Part shown: in pieces, positions 30,359 through 40,703 of the stretch
How the letters are laid out: the number at the start of each line of letters is the position of its first letter
Numbering within the stretch: the stretch's first letter is position 1
NCBI GenBank assembly: GCA_031256675.1
Contig: JAIRQC010000084.1
Location: 10,083 to 74,082 of the forward strand
Length of the DNA: 64,000 bases
Source of the DNA: Rikenellaceae bacterium
GTDB taxonomy: Bacteria > Bacteroidota > Bacteroidia > Bacteroidales > Rikenellaceae
Reading direction: 5' to 3'
Notes under the pieces: model-generated
What the model saw: only the letters and a program-made list of their open reading frames with translations
What the model was told of the DNA's origin: nothing
Databases searched by the model: none
Made by a program: the position numbers and the translations under genes

Positions 30359-31561
30359 ATGAAGACTTTTATTGCATTTCTGCTCGGGGGGCTCCTTTTG
30401 TCGGGATGCGGGGACGACAGGTACAGGATCAAACAGGGCCCGAAGCCCGAACCCGACGTCGAGGCCGATTACGACCTGGAAACATTTCCGGCGGAGGCCG
30501 ACCCCCGTGTGGTCGGGGTGAAGCTGGCCGAGCGGTTCCTCGAAATCGACCACTCCTACTGGGGCAACGTCTACTCGACCAATGTCGCCAACCACATCAC
30601 CTATCCCGACGTATGCGCATGGCTGGGGGCTTTGTGGTTTGCCCGTAGCGTCGGCGACAACGGACTGTACGGCAGGCTGACAGACAGGTTCGAGCCGCTG
30701 TTCACCACCAAAAGCAACTTGCAGCCCAGTCTGACCACGACAGCCGACAACAAGGTGGACTACTACGTGTTCGGGGCGGTCCCGCTCGAGATTTACAGGA
30801 CGGTGAACGACGAAAAGTACAAAACGCTCGGCCTGAAATATGCCGACGGACAGTGGACGGCCCCCTCCAACGCCTCGCAGTCGGCAAAGGAGTGGCAAAA
30901 CCAGGGTTACTCGTGGCAGACGCGCCTGTGGATCGACGACATGTTCATGATCACCGCCTTGCAGGCCCAGGCCTACCTGTCGACCGGCGACGAGAAGTAC
31001 ATCGACCGCACGGCGCGGGAGATGACGCTCTACCTCGAACGCCTGCAACGCGACAACGGCCTGTTCTACCACTCGCCGAGCGCGCCGTTCTACTGGGCGC
31101 GAGGCACCGGCTGGATGGCCGTCGGACTGGCCGAAGTGCTCAGGATGCTTCCCGCGGCGGCCAAATACGACGGGTACCGGACGAAGATCATGGCGGGCTA
31201 CCTGAAAATGATGGATGGCCTGTACCGGAACCAGGGCGCAGGCGGCATGTGGGGCCAGCTGATCGACAACGCAACGATATGGCGCGAGACCTCCGGAACG
31301 GCAATGTTCACATACGCGATGATCACCGGCGTAAAGAACGGCTGGCTCGACAAAAAGAGGTACGGGGCCGCAGCGCGCAAGGCATGGCTCGCATTGCAGG
31401 AGTACCTCAACCCTAACTATGACGTCCGCGAAGTTTGCGAGGGCACGGGTACGGGCACAACCTACGAATATTACCTTAACCGCAGGCGCTGGGTCGGCGA
31501 CACGCACGGGCAGGCAGGGATGCTCTGGTGCGCATACGCCCTTACCACGCCGCAGGAATAA
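30359..31561 (+). CDS. GH105/GH88-family hydrolase, lipoprotein paralog
   Basis: Start MKTFIAFLLGGLLLSGC (lipobox); WIDDMFM, WARGTGW, ETSGTAMF. Confidence 0.88.
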   Translation: MKTFIAFLLGGLLLSGCGDDRYRIKQGPKPEPDVEADYDLETFPAEADPRVVGVKLAERFLEIDHSYWGNVYSTNVANHITYPDVCAWLGALWFARSVGDNGLYGRLTDRFEPLFTTKSNLQPSLTTTADNKVDYYVFGAVPLEIYRTVNDEKYKTLGLKYADGQWTAPSNASQSAKEWQNQGYSWQTRLWIDDMFMITALQAQAYLSTGDEKYIDRTAREMTLYLERLQRDNGLFYHSPSAPFYWARGTGWMAVGLAEVLRMLPAAAKYDGYRTKIMAGYLKMMDGLYRNQGAGGMWGQLIDNATIWRETSGTAMFTYAMITGVKNGWLDKKRYGAAARKAWLALQEYLNPNYDVREVCEGTGTGTTYEYYLNRRRWVGDTHGQAGMLWCAYALTTPQE

Positions 31562-31780
31562 CCGTCTGCCTTTTGGCCGTCGCCAACCCCGCAGGGGAGG
31601 CGTTCAGGCAGGGAACAGTACATCGCCGGATAGCTTTCGGACTGCGACGAGGGAGGAGTTAACTTAAAAACGGGATAGCCTATGATATGAAAAAACAGTC
31701 TAAACGCTCCGTCCCGACGACGAGAGGGACGGGATCATCAATCGGAAGTCAAACCTTTGCCATCAAACGGATTACGAATT

Positions 31781-34700
31781 ATGGAACGTCTTTATAAAAA
31801 ATATTGGGACGGGCACAAGAAAGATGCAGGCGTCTTGCGTGCCTTTGCGCTCGTGTCCCTGCTCCTGATTACGGGAGCGGGAACAGCATTTGCGCAAAAC
31901 GCCGAAACGGCAACGCCGACGGCGCAACAGCAGAAAAAACGCATTACCGGTACGGTCACCGACCCCGACGGCAGGCCGCTGCTTGGCGTTGCGGTCTCCA
32001 TTCACAACACGACCATCGGTACGACAACCAACGCCGAGGGACTTTTCGTGATCGACGCACGCAGCAACGACGACGTGCTGACATTCTCCTATATTGGGTT
32101 TCTTAGCCAGAACGTGACCGTCGGTACACAGGTCGTGATAAACATCGCGCTGCAAACCGACGTGAACCAGATCGAAGATGTGGTCGTGGTCGGCTACGGC
32201 AAACAGAAACGCGGAAGTATCGCGAGCGCAGTGAGCACTATCGGCAGGACAGAGTTGAAAGCTCCGACGAGCAACCTGACCAACAACCTGGCCGGGCAGC
32301 TGGCGGGCCTGATAGCCGTCCAGCGCACCGGCGAGCCTGGCAGGGACGACGCAGAGTTCTGGATCCGCGGTATCAGCACTTACAGGGGAGGTTCGACGCC
32401 GCTGATACTGGTGGATGGCATCCCGCGCGAGTTCAGCAACATCGAGCCCGACGAGATCGAGTCGTTCACGATATTGAAGGACGCCGCCGCGACGGCCGTC
32501 TACGGGGCCGAGGGCGCCAACGGCGTTATTCTGGTCACCACCCGCCGCGGCGCGATCTCGAAGCCGAAAATATCGCTGCGCGCCGAGTATTCGCTGGCCT
32601 CGCCGCAACGCCTGCCCGATTTCGTTGATTCGTGGCAGTTTCTCGAGCTGGCCAACGAAGCGCGCTTCAACGACGGACAGGATCCATATAAGACCGCCGA
32701 AGAGATCGAACTTTATCGCAGCGGGGCCGACCCCGACCTCTATCCGAACTCCCAATGGATGAAAGACCTGCTTCGGACAACCGTCCCCAGCCAGCGCTAT
32801 ACGATAAACTTCACTGGAGGTTCCGAGAATGCGAAATATTTCGTCTCGATGGCCTACCTCGATCAGGAGGGGGTGTTCAAGAAGAACCCGTACAGCCTGT
32901 ATGACAGCGATTTCGACTTTCAGCGCTACAACCTCCGAAGCAATATCGACCTGAAAGTGAGCAAAACCACGCAGATGGCCATCAATCTGGCAGGACAGTA
33001 CATCAACCGCAGGGTGACGCGCTGGGAGCCAGAGCAAATCTTCCGGCTTATGCTCATCGCCCCGCCGCACTTGTTCCCGCCCGTATACAGCGACGGGACG
33101 CTGTCGACCTATCCGTTGGGCACCAGCTTCAACGACGACAACTTTACCCCGTACAACGCGCTCTACAACATGGGTTACAAAAAGGAGTACGAAACCAAAG
33201 TGCAGGCCGACGTGAACCTCACGCAGGATATGAGCTTCCTTACTTCCGGACTGAGCCTGAACGGGATGGTCGGCTTGGACAACAACGCATCCCAGAGAAC
33301 GAGCCGCACGTATTCGCCCAATCTTTACAGTGCAACCGGACGCGACGCGGAGGGCAATCTGGTGCTTGTAAAAACCCGAACGAAAGGTTCGCCGGAGCTG
33401 GGCGACCCTGTGTTCGATAATGACAATGCGAAACCATATCGCAAGATATATATTCAGGGATCGATCAATTATGCGAGGGAGTTCGGCCGGCACAGTGTCG
33501 GAGGCATGTTGCTCTACATGCAAAAGGAGACCCAGAAGGCCGATGTGGTGCTGCCATACCGCAAGCAGGGACTTGTTGGGCGCGCAACCTACTCCTACGA
33601 CAAACGCTACTCCATCGAGGGCAACTTCGGCTACACCGGCAGCGAAACCTTTGCCAAAGAACACCGCTTCGGCTTCTTCCCCGCCGTGGGCGTGAGCTAC
33701 TATGTCTCCAACGAGAAGTTCTATCCCGAAACTGTCAAGAACGTGATGAACAGCGCCAAGCTCAGGATCTCCGTCGGACGCACCGGCAACGACGCTACCG
33801 GAAGCTCCCGGTTCCTTTACAGGGCCACGTTCAGTACGGGCGGATATAATTTCAATCAGGGCATAGGCACCACCGGCGGAAGCAACGGGCTTGGCGCCGG
33901 TTACTACGACCAGCTGTTCGACAACACAACCATACACTGGGAGATCGAGGAGAAACGCAACATCGGCGTCGACCTGGGTTTCTTCGGCAACAGTCTGGAG
34001 TTGACGGCGGACTACTTCAACAACCGTCGCCACGACATTCTGATACAGCGCAATACCATTCCGGCCACGGCAGGTTTCCACGCAAAGCCCTGGGAAAACT
34101 ACGGCGTGGTCGACAACTGGGGCTTCGACGGCAGCCTGAACGCCCACCGGAAGTTCGGCAAGTTCAACATCAGCCTGCGCGGCACATTCTCTTTTGCCCG
34201 CAACAAGATCGTCGAATACGACGAACTGCCACAGACATATCCGTGGCAGCAGGTGACGGGGTTAAGGATCGGTCTGGAGGGCCGTCCGGTCTATGTGGCG
34301 GAGAGGCTCTACACCGAGGACGACTTCATCAGGAGCGTCAACGACAACGGCACTTACAAATACACGCTCAAACCTGGACTTCCGGCCGTGCTGCTGAACG
34401 GGATAATAGGGCCGGGCGACATCAAGTATTCCGACCTGAACAACGACGGATATATCGACAGCAACGACAAGATGTATGGCGCCGGACACCCATACAATCC
34501 GGAGGTCAACTACGGCTTCGGGTTCAACGTCGAGTACAGGGGCTTCTATGTCAGCGCCTTCTTCCAGGGCACGGCAAACACCACGATAATGCTCAGCGAC
34601 AGGGACGCCCAGACCAACAATCCGTTCATGCCGTTCCACTGGGGCATTGTAAAGTCGAACTACCGCAAGGATTTCCTCGACCGCTGGACGGCCGACAACC

Positions 34701-35008
34701 CGAGGCAGGATGTGGTGATGCCGCGCCTGCACACAGGCTACGGCAACAGCATCAACGAGGAGAACAGCACATGGTGGCTCAAAAGCGGCAACTTCCTGCG
34801 TTTCAAGAACCTCGAGGTCGGCTACAACTTCCCGAAAGAGCTGGCCAAAAAGATCAAATTCGACGGGGCAAGGGTCTACTTTCAGGGATACAACATCTGT
34901 CTGTGGGACAACCTGAAATTCTGGGACCCTGAAATGGGCAACAAAAACAGGGGCAACACCTATCCCATGTCCCGCACCTTCACGCTAGGCATCGAGTTGA
35001 ACTTCTAA
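31781..35008 (+). CDS. SusC-family TonB-dependent transporter
   Basis: DVVVVGYG, LKDAAATAVYGAEGANGVILVTTRRG, C-terminal GIELNF. Confidence 0.96.
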   Translation: MERLYKKYWDGHKKDAGVLRAFALVSLLLITGAGTAFAQNAETATPTAQQQKKRITGTVTDPDGRPLLGVAVSIHNTTIGTTTNAEGLFVIDARSNDDVLTFSYIGFLSQNVTVGTQVVINIALQTDVNQIEDVVVVGYGKQKRGSIASAVSTIGRTELKAPTSNLTNNLAGQLAGLIAVQRTGEPGRDDAEFWIRGISTYRGGSTPLILVDGIPREFSNIEPDEIESFTILKDAAATAVYGAEGANGVILVTTRRGAISKPKISLRAEYSLASPQRLPDFVDSWQFLELANEARFNDGQDPYKTAEEIELYRSGADPDLYPNSQWMKDLLRTTVPSQRYTINFTGGSENAKYFVSMAYLDQEGVFKKNPYSLYDSDFDFQRYNLRSNIDLKVSKTTQMAINLAGQYINRRVTRWEPEQIFRLMLIAPPHLFPPVYSDGTLSTYPLGTSFNDDNFTPYNALYNMGYKKEYETKVQADVNLTQDMSFLTSGLSLNGMVGLDNNASQRTSRTYSPNLYSATGRDAEGNLVLVKTRTKGSPELGDPVFDNDNAKPYRKIYIQGSINYAREFGRHSVGGMLLYMQKETQKADVVLPYRKQGLVGRATYSYDKRYSIEGNFGYTGSETFAKEHRFGFFPAVGVSYYVSNEKFYPETVKNVMNSAKLRISVGRTGNDATGSSRFLYRATFSTGGYNFNQGIGTTGGSNGLGAGYYDQLFDNTTIHWEIEEKRNIGVDLGFFGNSLELTADYFNNRRHDILIQRNTIPATAGFHAKPWENYGVVDNWGFDGSLNAHRKFGKFNISLRGTFSFARNKIVEYDELPQTYPWQQVTGLRIGLEGRPVYVAERLYTEDDFIRSVNDNGTYKYTLKPGLPAVLLNGIIGPGDIKYSDLNNDGYIDSNDKMYGAGHPYNPEVNYGFGFNVEYRGFYVSAFFQGTANTTIMLSDRDAQTNNPFMPFHWGIVKSNYRKDFLDRWTADNPRQDVVMPRLHTGYGNSINEENSTWWLKSGNFLRFKNLEVGYNFPKELAKKIKFDGARVYFQGYNICLWDNLKFWDPEMGNKNRGNTYPMSRTFTLGIELNF

Positions 35009-35020
35009 CAAAAGGAAACC

Positions 35021-36934
35021 ATGAAAACGACAGTCATAAAAATATTTGCGCTCGCCGTGACCTCCTGCGCCATGAACGCCTGCGACTACCTCAACGTATC
35101 GGACGAGCTGTCGGGCGGCATAAAGGATATTAACGAGGCATTCAGCACGGTAGCCGGCACAAAAGGGTGGTACAGCCAGTGTTATGCAGGCATACTGAAC
35201 TCTTCGGACATGATCAACACCGGCGACCCGGGCGCAATGGGCAACGTTTGGGCCGCCTATACCGACGAACTGTACACCCACCAGGCTTTCCTTACGGGAA
35301 AATACATGGGATGGAACTCCGAAAACACCAGGGCCTCGCGCTGGCCGGGCCTGTATGAGCGCATCAGACAGTGCAACATTTTTCTGGAGATGGCGCAGCC
35401 GCTCGAAGAGAACCTTGTTTCGAGCATTGTGAGGCTCACCGAGGCCGATATTATACGTTACAAGGCCAACGTGCGCTTTATGAGGGCGGCCTACTACTTC
35501 TGGCTGATGGAGCAGTTCGGCCCCGTGCCCCTGATCACGGTATCCGAGAATAAGGACGACGATCTTGACTTGCCGCGCAACTCGCTGGACGAGATAATAG
35601 AGTTCATCGATACGGAGATCGTGGCGGCGATGCCTGATATGGCGCTGGAACCGTATCATGCCGACGCCGATGCAAACATGCGTGCCGTTCCGACCAAAGG
35701 CGCCGCGCTGGCCCTGAGGGCGAAGCTGTGGGTCTATGCGGCGAGCCCGCTCTACAACGGCGGCGGCAGCGAAGCGCTTTCGCCCGCCAACCAGGCCTAC
35801 ATCAACCAGACCCTTGCCCTTGTCAACAACGACGGCAAGCGGCTCTTCCCCGACTACGATGCTTCGAAATTGCAAAAGGCTGTGACCTGCTGCAAGGATC
35901 TTATCGACTATGCCGAGGATGGCCTGCGGTATGAACTTTACAAAAACGCGGGGGTTTTCGACGCCGCCAGAACTGTGTACGAACTGTTCCAGAGCTACAA
36001 CAGGGAGATTATCTGGGCCCATTCGAACCATTCATGGGGATCCGTCGGCTCGCAGCAGTTCGAAGCGATGGTAACCCCTATCGCCGAGGCCAATACCGGT
36101 CAGGGGCTGATCCTGCTGCAAGAGCTTGTCGACGACTTCTACTGCGCGGACGGCCTGCCGATCAGGGCCACCTCTTTCCTGCCCAAATCCCCGACCTACA
36201 CCGAAAACGGCTTCGGTATGCTCTCCGGCAACGAGATATACTTCCCCAATACCACTCCCCCCGGCAATTTCGAGGTATTCAACATGTATGTCAACCGCGA
36301 GCCGCGCTTCTACAACACCGTCACCTTCTCCGGCAAGAGGTGGCACATCTCCGGAAGAGAGGTGCAGTTCTATCGGGGCGGCACCTCGAACCTGAACGAC
36401 AACGGTTCGGCCCTGACCGGCTATTTACTCTACAAAAGGGCAAGTCGCAACGTACTGCTCGGCGGCACGACGAGCCAGTTCAAACCGGTGATCATCTTCC
36501 GTCTGGCGGAGTTCTACCTGCTTTATGCCGAGGCGTTGAACGAGGTAGATCCGGGCAATCCCGACGTGCTCAAATATGTGAACCTGGTCCGCGAACGCGC
36601 CGGCCTGCCCAGGCTGGAGGATTTGAACCCTGCCATCGCAGGCGACAAGGCCATGCAGCGCGAGGCTATCCGCCGCGAAAGCCGCGTCGAACTGGCTACC
36701 GAGGGGCAGCGTTATTTTGATACGCGCCGCTGGCTGATCGCCGGAAACGCCGTGGGACAGGGCGGTCAGGGGGGAGAATTTACGGGTATGAACTCCTCGC
36801 AGGGTAAAATTCTGTTCCACACCCGCACGAAGTTCCGCGACCGCACATTCATGACCAAAAACTACCTCTACCCCATACCCAAGTACGACATGCAACGCAC
36901 CATGGTGCTCAAACAAAACCCGGGCTGGGATTAA
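35021..36934 (+). CDS. SusD-family glycan-binding lipoprotein
   Basis: Lipobox NAC; FRLAEFYLLYAEALNE; ESRVELATEGQRYFD; QNPGW. Confidence 0.95.
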   Translation: MKTTVIKIFALAVTSCAMNACDYLNVSDELSGGIKDINEAFSTVAGTKGWYSQCYAGILNSSDMINTGDPGAMGNVWAAYTDELYTHQAFLTGKYMGWNSENTRASRWPGLYERIRQCNIFLEMAQPLEENLVSSIVRLTEADIIRYKANVRFMRAAYYFWLMEQFGPVPLITVSENKDDDLDLPRNSLDEIIEFIDTEIVAAMPDMALEPYHADADANMRAVPTKGAALALRAKLWVYAASPLYNGGGSEALSPANQAYINQTLALVNNDGKRLFPDYDASKLQKAVTCCKDLIDYAEDGLRYELYKNAGVFDAARTVYELFQSYNREIIWAHSNHSWGSVGSQQFEAMVTPIAEANTGQGLILLQELVDDFYCADGLPIRATSFLPKSPTYTENGFGMLSGNEIYFPNTTPPGNFEVFNMYVNREPRFYNTVTFSGKRWHISGREVQFYRGGTSNLNDNGSALTGYLLYKRASRNVLLGGTTSQFKPVIIFRLAEFYLLYAEALNEVDPGNPDVLKYVNLVRERAGLPRLEDLNPAIAGDKAMQREAIRRESRVELATEGQRYFDTRRWLIAGNAVGQGGQGGEFTGMNSSQGKILFHTRTKFRDRTFMTKNYLYPIPKYDMQRTMVLKQNPGWD

Positions 36935-36949
36935 CCGCTGCGTGCTTCG

Positions 36950-37035
36950 CCGTCGTTGCGAGGCGCAAGCCGGAGCAGATCCATTCCCGCAATGACGGGC
37001 AAGGGTTGCTTCTGGCGAGGCCCTCGCAATGACGG
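36950..37035. repeat. GTCATTGCG-type palindromic (REP-like) element
   Basis: CCGTCGTTGCG at 36950 can pair with CGCAATGACGG at 36988 or 37025; related copies at 9525 and 55750. Confidence 0.7.
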
Positions 37036-37084
37036 ACGGGACGCAATGAGGAAACGAGGTTCGATAACCGTAAAAATTAATATC

Positions 37085-39145
37085 ATGAAACTTAAAAGAA
37101 AGTTTGCTTTTGCAGCTCTGGCCGCCATGGTCGGGTTTGTGGTCGCGGGATGCAGCGACAACATGCCGACCGCCAAACAGTTGGCCGTCGAGAGCATCGA
37201 GTTGAAAGATGAGGTCGCAGGGGGGATCACACTGATGATCGGCAGGATATACGACGTCAAGAACATGGTGACCATCACCCCCGAGGACGCTACCGACCGC
37301 GCGGAAAACTACTACTCGTCCGACCCGACGGTGGCCATGGTCAGCCCATACGGGATAATAACGGCCCTCGACGAGGGACAGTGCGTGATTACCATCGCCG
37401 TTGGCGGCAAGGAGGCCTGCTTCGACCTTACGGTCATCCCTGTGCCGCCGATACCGTTCGAAACGATCAGGTTCACCGTGCCCGAGATGGAGGTAACCAC
37501 GGCGACGGTCGGGCTGAACGGGCTGATAGTCACGACGGCTCCCGACGGGTGCGCCGACGTGCTGGTGTTCGAGTCGTCCGATCCGGCTATGGCTACGGTC
37601 GACGCCAATGGACTGGTTACGTTCTCGTTCCAGACGATCGGAGATGTGACCATCAAGGCCTCTTCGAGTATGGACCCGACCGTTTACGACCAGATCGTGT
37701 TCCACATTACGCGCATCGAGTACGACCGCACGGGGTGGCAGATAGTCGAGGTATCGCACACGAAGAGCAATGGCACATGGCCGGAAGCCAGCGCCGCCGA
37801 CAATAAAAACACTCCGACCTCTGCGTTCGACGGCGTTCAAACCGACATGTCGAGTTTCTTTATGGTCAAACCGGGCAAAAATGCCGTCGACGGCCTCTTT
37901 ATCCTTGCAACCGAGGATATATGGTTTGTTGTGGACATGGTCGCGCCGCGCGAAGTGAACTACTTCCGGCACGGCTGGGACACCAATCCCGGTTACAGAT
38001 GGTGGGGTTTCAAGGAGATACTGGGCAGCGACACGCAGGCAGGGCCGTATACGTCGATCGCAACGGATGTGATGATACCGACAGCCATAACGGTCAGCAC
38101 CAATTTCGGAAATTCGGGGGATATAGAGTTCCCGAATGCGACGTACCGCTATCTGAAATTCGTCTCGAACAGCTATCCGCTCTCGAAATACTACTTTACA
38201 AACAACGGCACCAACTGGGGCGGCAGCTACACCACTATTAACGGCGTCCAGAATCTGACATGCAAGATAAGCGAGATGTATATCGGCTTGAAGGTTGGCT
38301 CCGTTCCATTCACGTCGGTTTCGCTCGGTTCGAACTCGCAGACAATTACCACCGAGACGTTCGACCTGAGCGCGCTGGTCAATACGACAGGCCCTGCGGA
38401 CTGCAACGACCAGTTGGTCTATACCTCGCTCAGCGAGGCCAATGCCAGGGTGGGCTCCGACGGCATGGTCACGTTCTACAAGCTGGGCAGTGTGACGGTC
38501 AAGGTCTCTTCGAAGCTCGATCCGACCATATTCGACCAGATGACCTTCAACGTGCAGAGCATCGAGTATGGCCGCGCAGGATGGAAGGTGGTCGAAACGT
38601 CGCACGGCCTGCCGAATGTCGCCCCGCCCGACGGTCCGACCGCTGGCGGCACGGGCGGCGGCGAGAATAACGGCATATATGCCGCGTTCGACGGCAACGA
38701 CAACTCGTACCTCACCATCGTAAAGCCTGGTAAGAGTTACGGCGGGGTCAGCCTTACCGCGTCGGAACGGTGGAACGACGATGTCTGGTTTGTCGTCGAC
38801 ATGCTCGAAGCGCGCGAAGTGAACTACTTCCGGATGAGCTACCACCTCACGGACGGTATAAATCTCCGCTGGTGGGGCTTCCAGAAAATTGAGGGAAGCA
38901 ACGCACAGACGGGCCCGTGGACGCAGATCAACACGTCAGACGTAATGATCGTCAACGCCAAGACCTTGGCGGAAAAGACGTCGGAAGACGTTGCGATACC
39001 GTCGTCGACGTACAGGTTCCTGAAATTTACGGCGAACGGCTACCCGGACAACACATACTTCGATATTACCACCGGAAACGGCCGCGGCAGCAGCAATTCG
39101 AACAACAGTTGCAAAACAAAAGAACTGTTCCTGGGGGCCCATTAG
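37085..39145 (+). CDS. Surface lipoprotein with Ig-like (Big_2) and duplicated discoidin-like modules
   Basis: Lipobox VAGC; SSDPTVAMVS/SSDPAMATVD Big_2 motifs; duplicated WFVVDMxxxREVNYFR. Confidence 0.8.
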   Translation: MKLKRKFAFAALAAMVGFVVAGCSDNMPTAKQLAVESIELKDEVAGGITLMIGRIYDVKNMVTITPEDATDRAENYYSSDPTVAMVSPYGIITALDEGQCVITIAVGGKEACFDLTVIPVPPIPFETIRFTVPEMEVTTATVGLNGLIVTTAPDGCADVLVFESSDPAMATVDANGLVTFSFQTIGDVTIKASSSMDPTVYDQIVFHITRIEYDRTGWQIVEVSHTKSNGTWPEASAADNKNTPTSAFDGVQTDMSSFFMVKPGKNAVDGLFILATEDIWFVVDMVAPREVNYFRHGWDTNPGYRWWGFKEILGSDTQAGPYTSIATDVMIPTAITVSTNFGNSGDIEFPNATYRYLKFVSNSYPLSKYYFTNNGTNWGGSYTTINGVQNLTCKISEMYIGLKVGSVPFTSVSLGSNSQTITTETFDLSALVNTTGPADCNDQLVYTSLSEANARVGSDGMVTFYKLGSVTVKVSSKLDPTIFDQMTFNVQSIEYGRAGWKVVETSHGLPNVAPPDGPTAGGTGGGENNGIYAAFDGNDNSYLTIVKPGKSYGGVSLTASERWNDDVWFVVDMLEAREVNYFRMSYHLTDGINLRWWGFQKIEGSNAQTGPWTQINTSDVMIVNAKTLAEKTSEDVAIPSSTYRFLKFTANGYPDNTYFDITTGNGRGSSNSNNSCKTKELFLGAH

Positions 39146-39161
39146 CCCTCCCCGACCATTT

Positions 39162-39195
39162 CAGCCGCGGCGGCCCACTGCCGCGGCTGTCTTTA
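39162..39195 (+). terminator. Hairpin terminator after the surface lipoprotein
   Basis: CAGCCGCGGC / GCCGCGGCTG followed by TCTTTA. Confidence 0.55.
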
Positions 39196-39515
39196 TCTCG
39201 ATCATCGCCGATTGCAAGGAGAGGAAGCAATCCATTGCCAGCGCCGAACGCCGGAAACGATCAGCGAAACGGCTGTAAAGGCCTGCCGCTTCTAAACATG
39301 GCGGCAGGCGTTTCGCCCTGCGTGGCAGAAAAGCCGGTTTGACATTATGTTTTATGCAAATTAAGGGTTTGAGCCGGTTTGCGCTGTTTGGCGGATATTT
39401 GTTGCGCGCTGTCTTGCAGGAGGTGCAATTCTGCGGCGCTCGACAACATCCTGCCTGCGCAGGGCCGCATGACGCCGTCGGCGCTCAACCCCTAAAACAC
39501 TGTTAAACAAACCTT

Positions 39516-40700
39516 ATGAAACGTTTGATTATTCTGTCCTCCATGATAGCCTCCTCGCTTTGCTGTGCGGACGGCGCACGGCTCGTGCCGACGGAGCACA
39601 ACGGCGGCAACAAAACTCCGGGCGCGAACCCTCTGCCCAACTGGGCGATGGGAGGCTTCATAAGGCCTGCGGGGGCCAATCCGGTCATCAGCCCCAACCC
39701 CGAGACCAAATTCTACTGCCCCATGCGCAAAACAATGGTTGGCTGGCAGGAGAGCGACACGTTCAACCCCGCCGCAGTGGTCAGGGAGGGCAAGATCTGC
39801 GTGCTCTACCGCGCCGAGGACAACTCGGGCGTGGGCATCGGCAAGCGCACCTCGCGCATCGGACTGGCCGAGACCTCCGACGGCATACACATGACCCTGC
39901 GCGAGAGCCCTGTGATGTATCCCGACGAGGACAACATGAAGGCTTACGAGTGGGAGGGCGGCTGCGAAGACCCGCGCGTGGCGGTGACCGCAGACGGCAC
40001 ATACGTCATGGCCTACACCTCGTGGAACCGCAGCATCTTCCGCCTGTGCATAGCCACCTCGACAGACCTCGTGCACTGGACAAAGCACGGCCCTGCTTTC
40101 GCCAACGCCTATGACGGACGCTTTCGCGACTTCAAATGCAAATCGGGCTCGATAGTGACCAGGGTGGTCGACGGCAAACAGGTCATCGCCAAAGTAGGCG
40201 GCAAGTACCTCATGTACTGGGGCGAGAACTATATCAACCTCGCCGTGTCGGACAACCTGATCGACTGGCAGCCGGGGCTGGACGCGAGCGGCAATATCAA
40301 AAAACTCGTCGTACCGCGTCAGGGCTATTTCGACAGCCAGCTCACGGAGTGCGGCCCCCCCGCCGTGATCACCGACCACGGCATACTGCTGTTCTACAAC
40401 GGCAAAAACCGCTCGGGCGATGCGGGCGACAAGCGTTTCGCAGCCAACACCTACGCCGCGGGGCAGCTGCTGTTCGCCCTCGGGGAGCCCGAACGGGTTA
40501 CGGGGCGGTTGGACTCGCCGTTTTTCCGCCCGATGGAGAGCTTCGAGAAGAGCGGCCAGTACAGGGACGGCACGGTGTTCATCGAGGGGCTGACGCTGCT
40601 CGGCGGAAAGTGGTACCTCTATTACGGGTGCGCCGACTCGCGGGTCGGAGTGGCCATTTACGACCCGTCGGTCAAAACCCCGGGCGACCCGACCGAATAG
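39516..40700 (+). CDS. GH130 beta-mannosidase-type glycosidase
   Basis: TFNPAA, LYRAED, GGCEDPRV, ECGPPA, VFIEGL, YYGCADS; signal peptide. Confidence 0.9.
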   Translation: MKRLIILSSMIASSLCCADGARLVPTEHNGGNKTPGANPLPNWAMGGFIRPAGANPVISPNPETKFYCPMRKTMVGWQESDTFNPAAVVREGKICVLYRAEDNSGVGIGKRTSRIGLAETSDGIHMTLRESPVMYPDEDNMKAYEWEGGCEDPRVAVTADGTYVMAYTSWNRSIFRLCIATSTDLVHWTKHGPAFANAYDGRFRDFKCKSGSIVTRVVDGKQVIAKVGGKYLMYWGENYINLAVSDNLIDWQPGLDASGNIKKLVVPRQGYFDSQLTECGPPAVITDHGILLFYNGKNRSGDAGDKRFAANTYAAGQLLFALGEPERVTGRLDSPFFRPMESFEKSGQYRDGTVFIEGLTLLGGKWYLYYGCADSRVGVAIYDPSVKTPGDPTE

Positions 40701-40703
40701 CTT

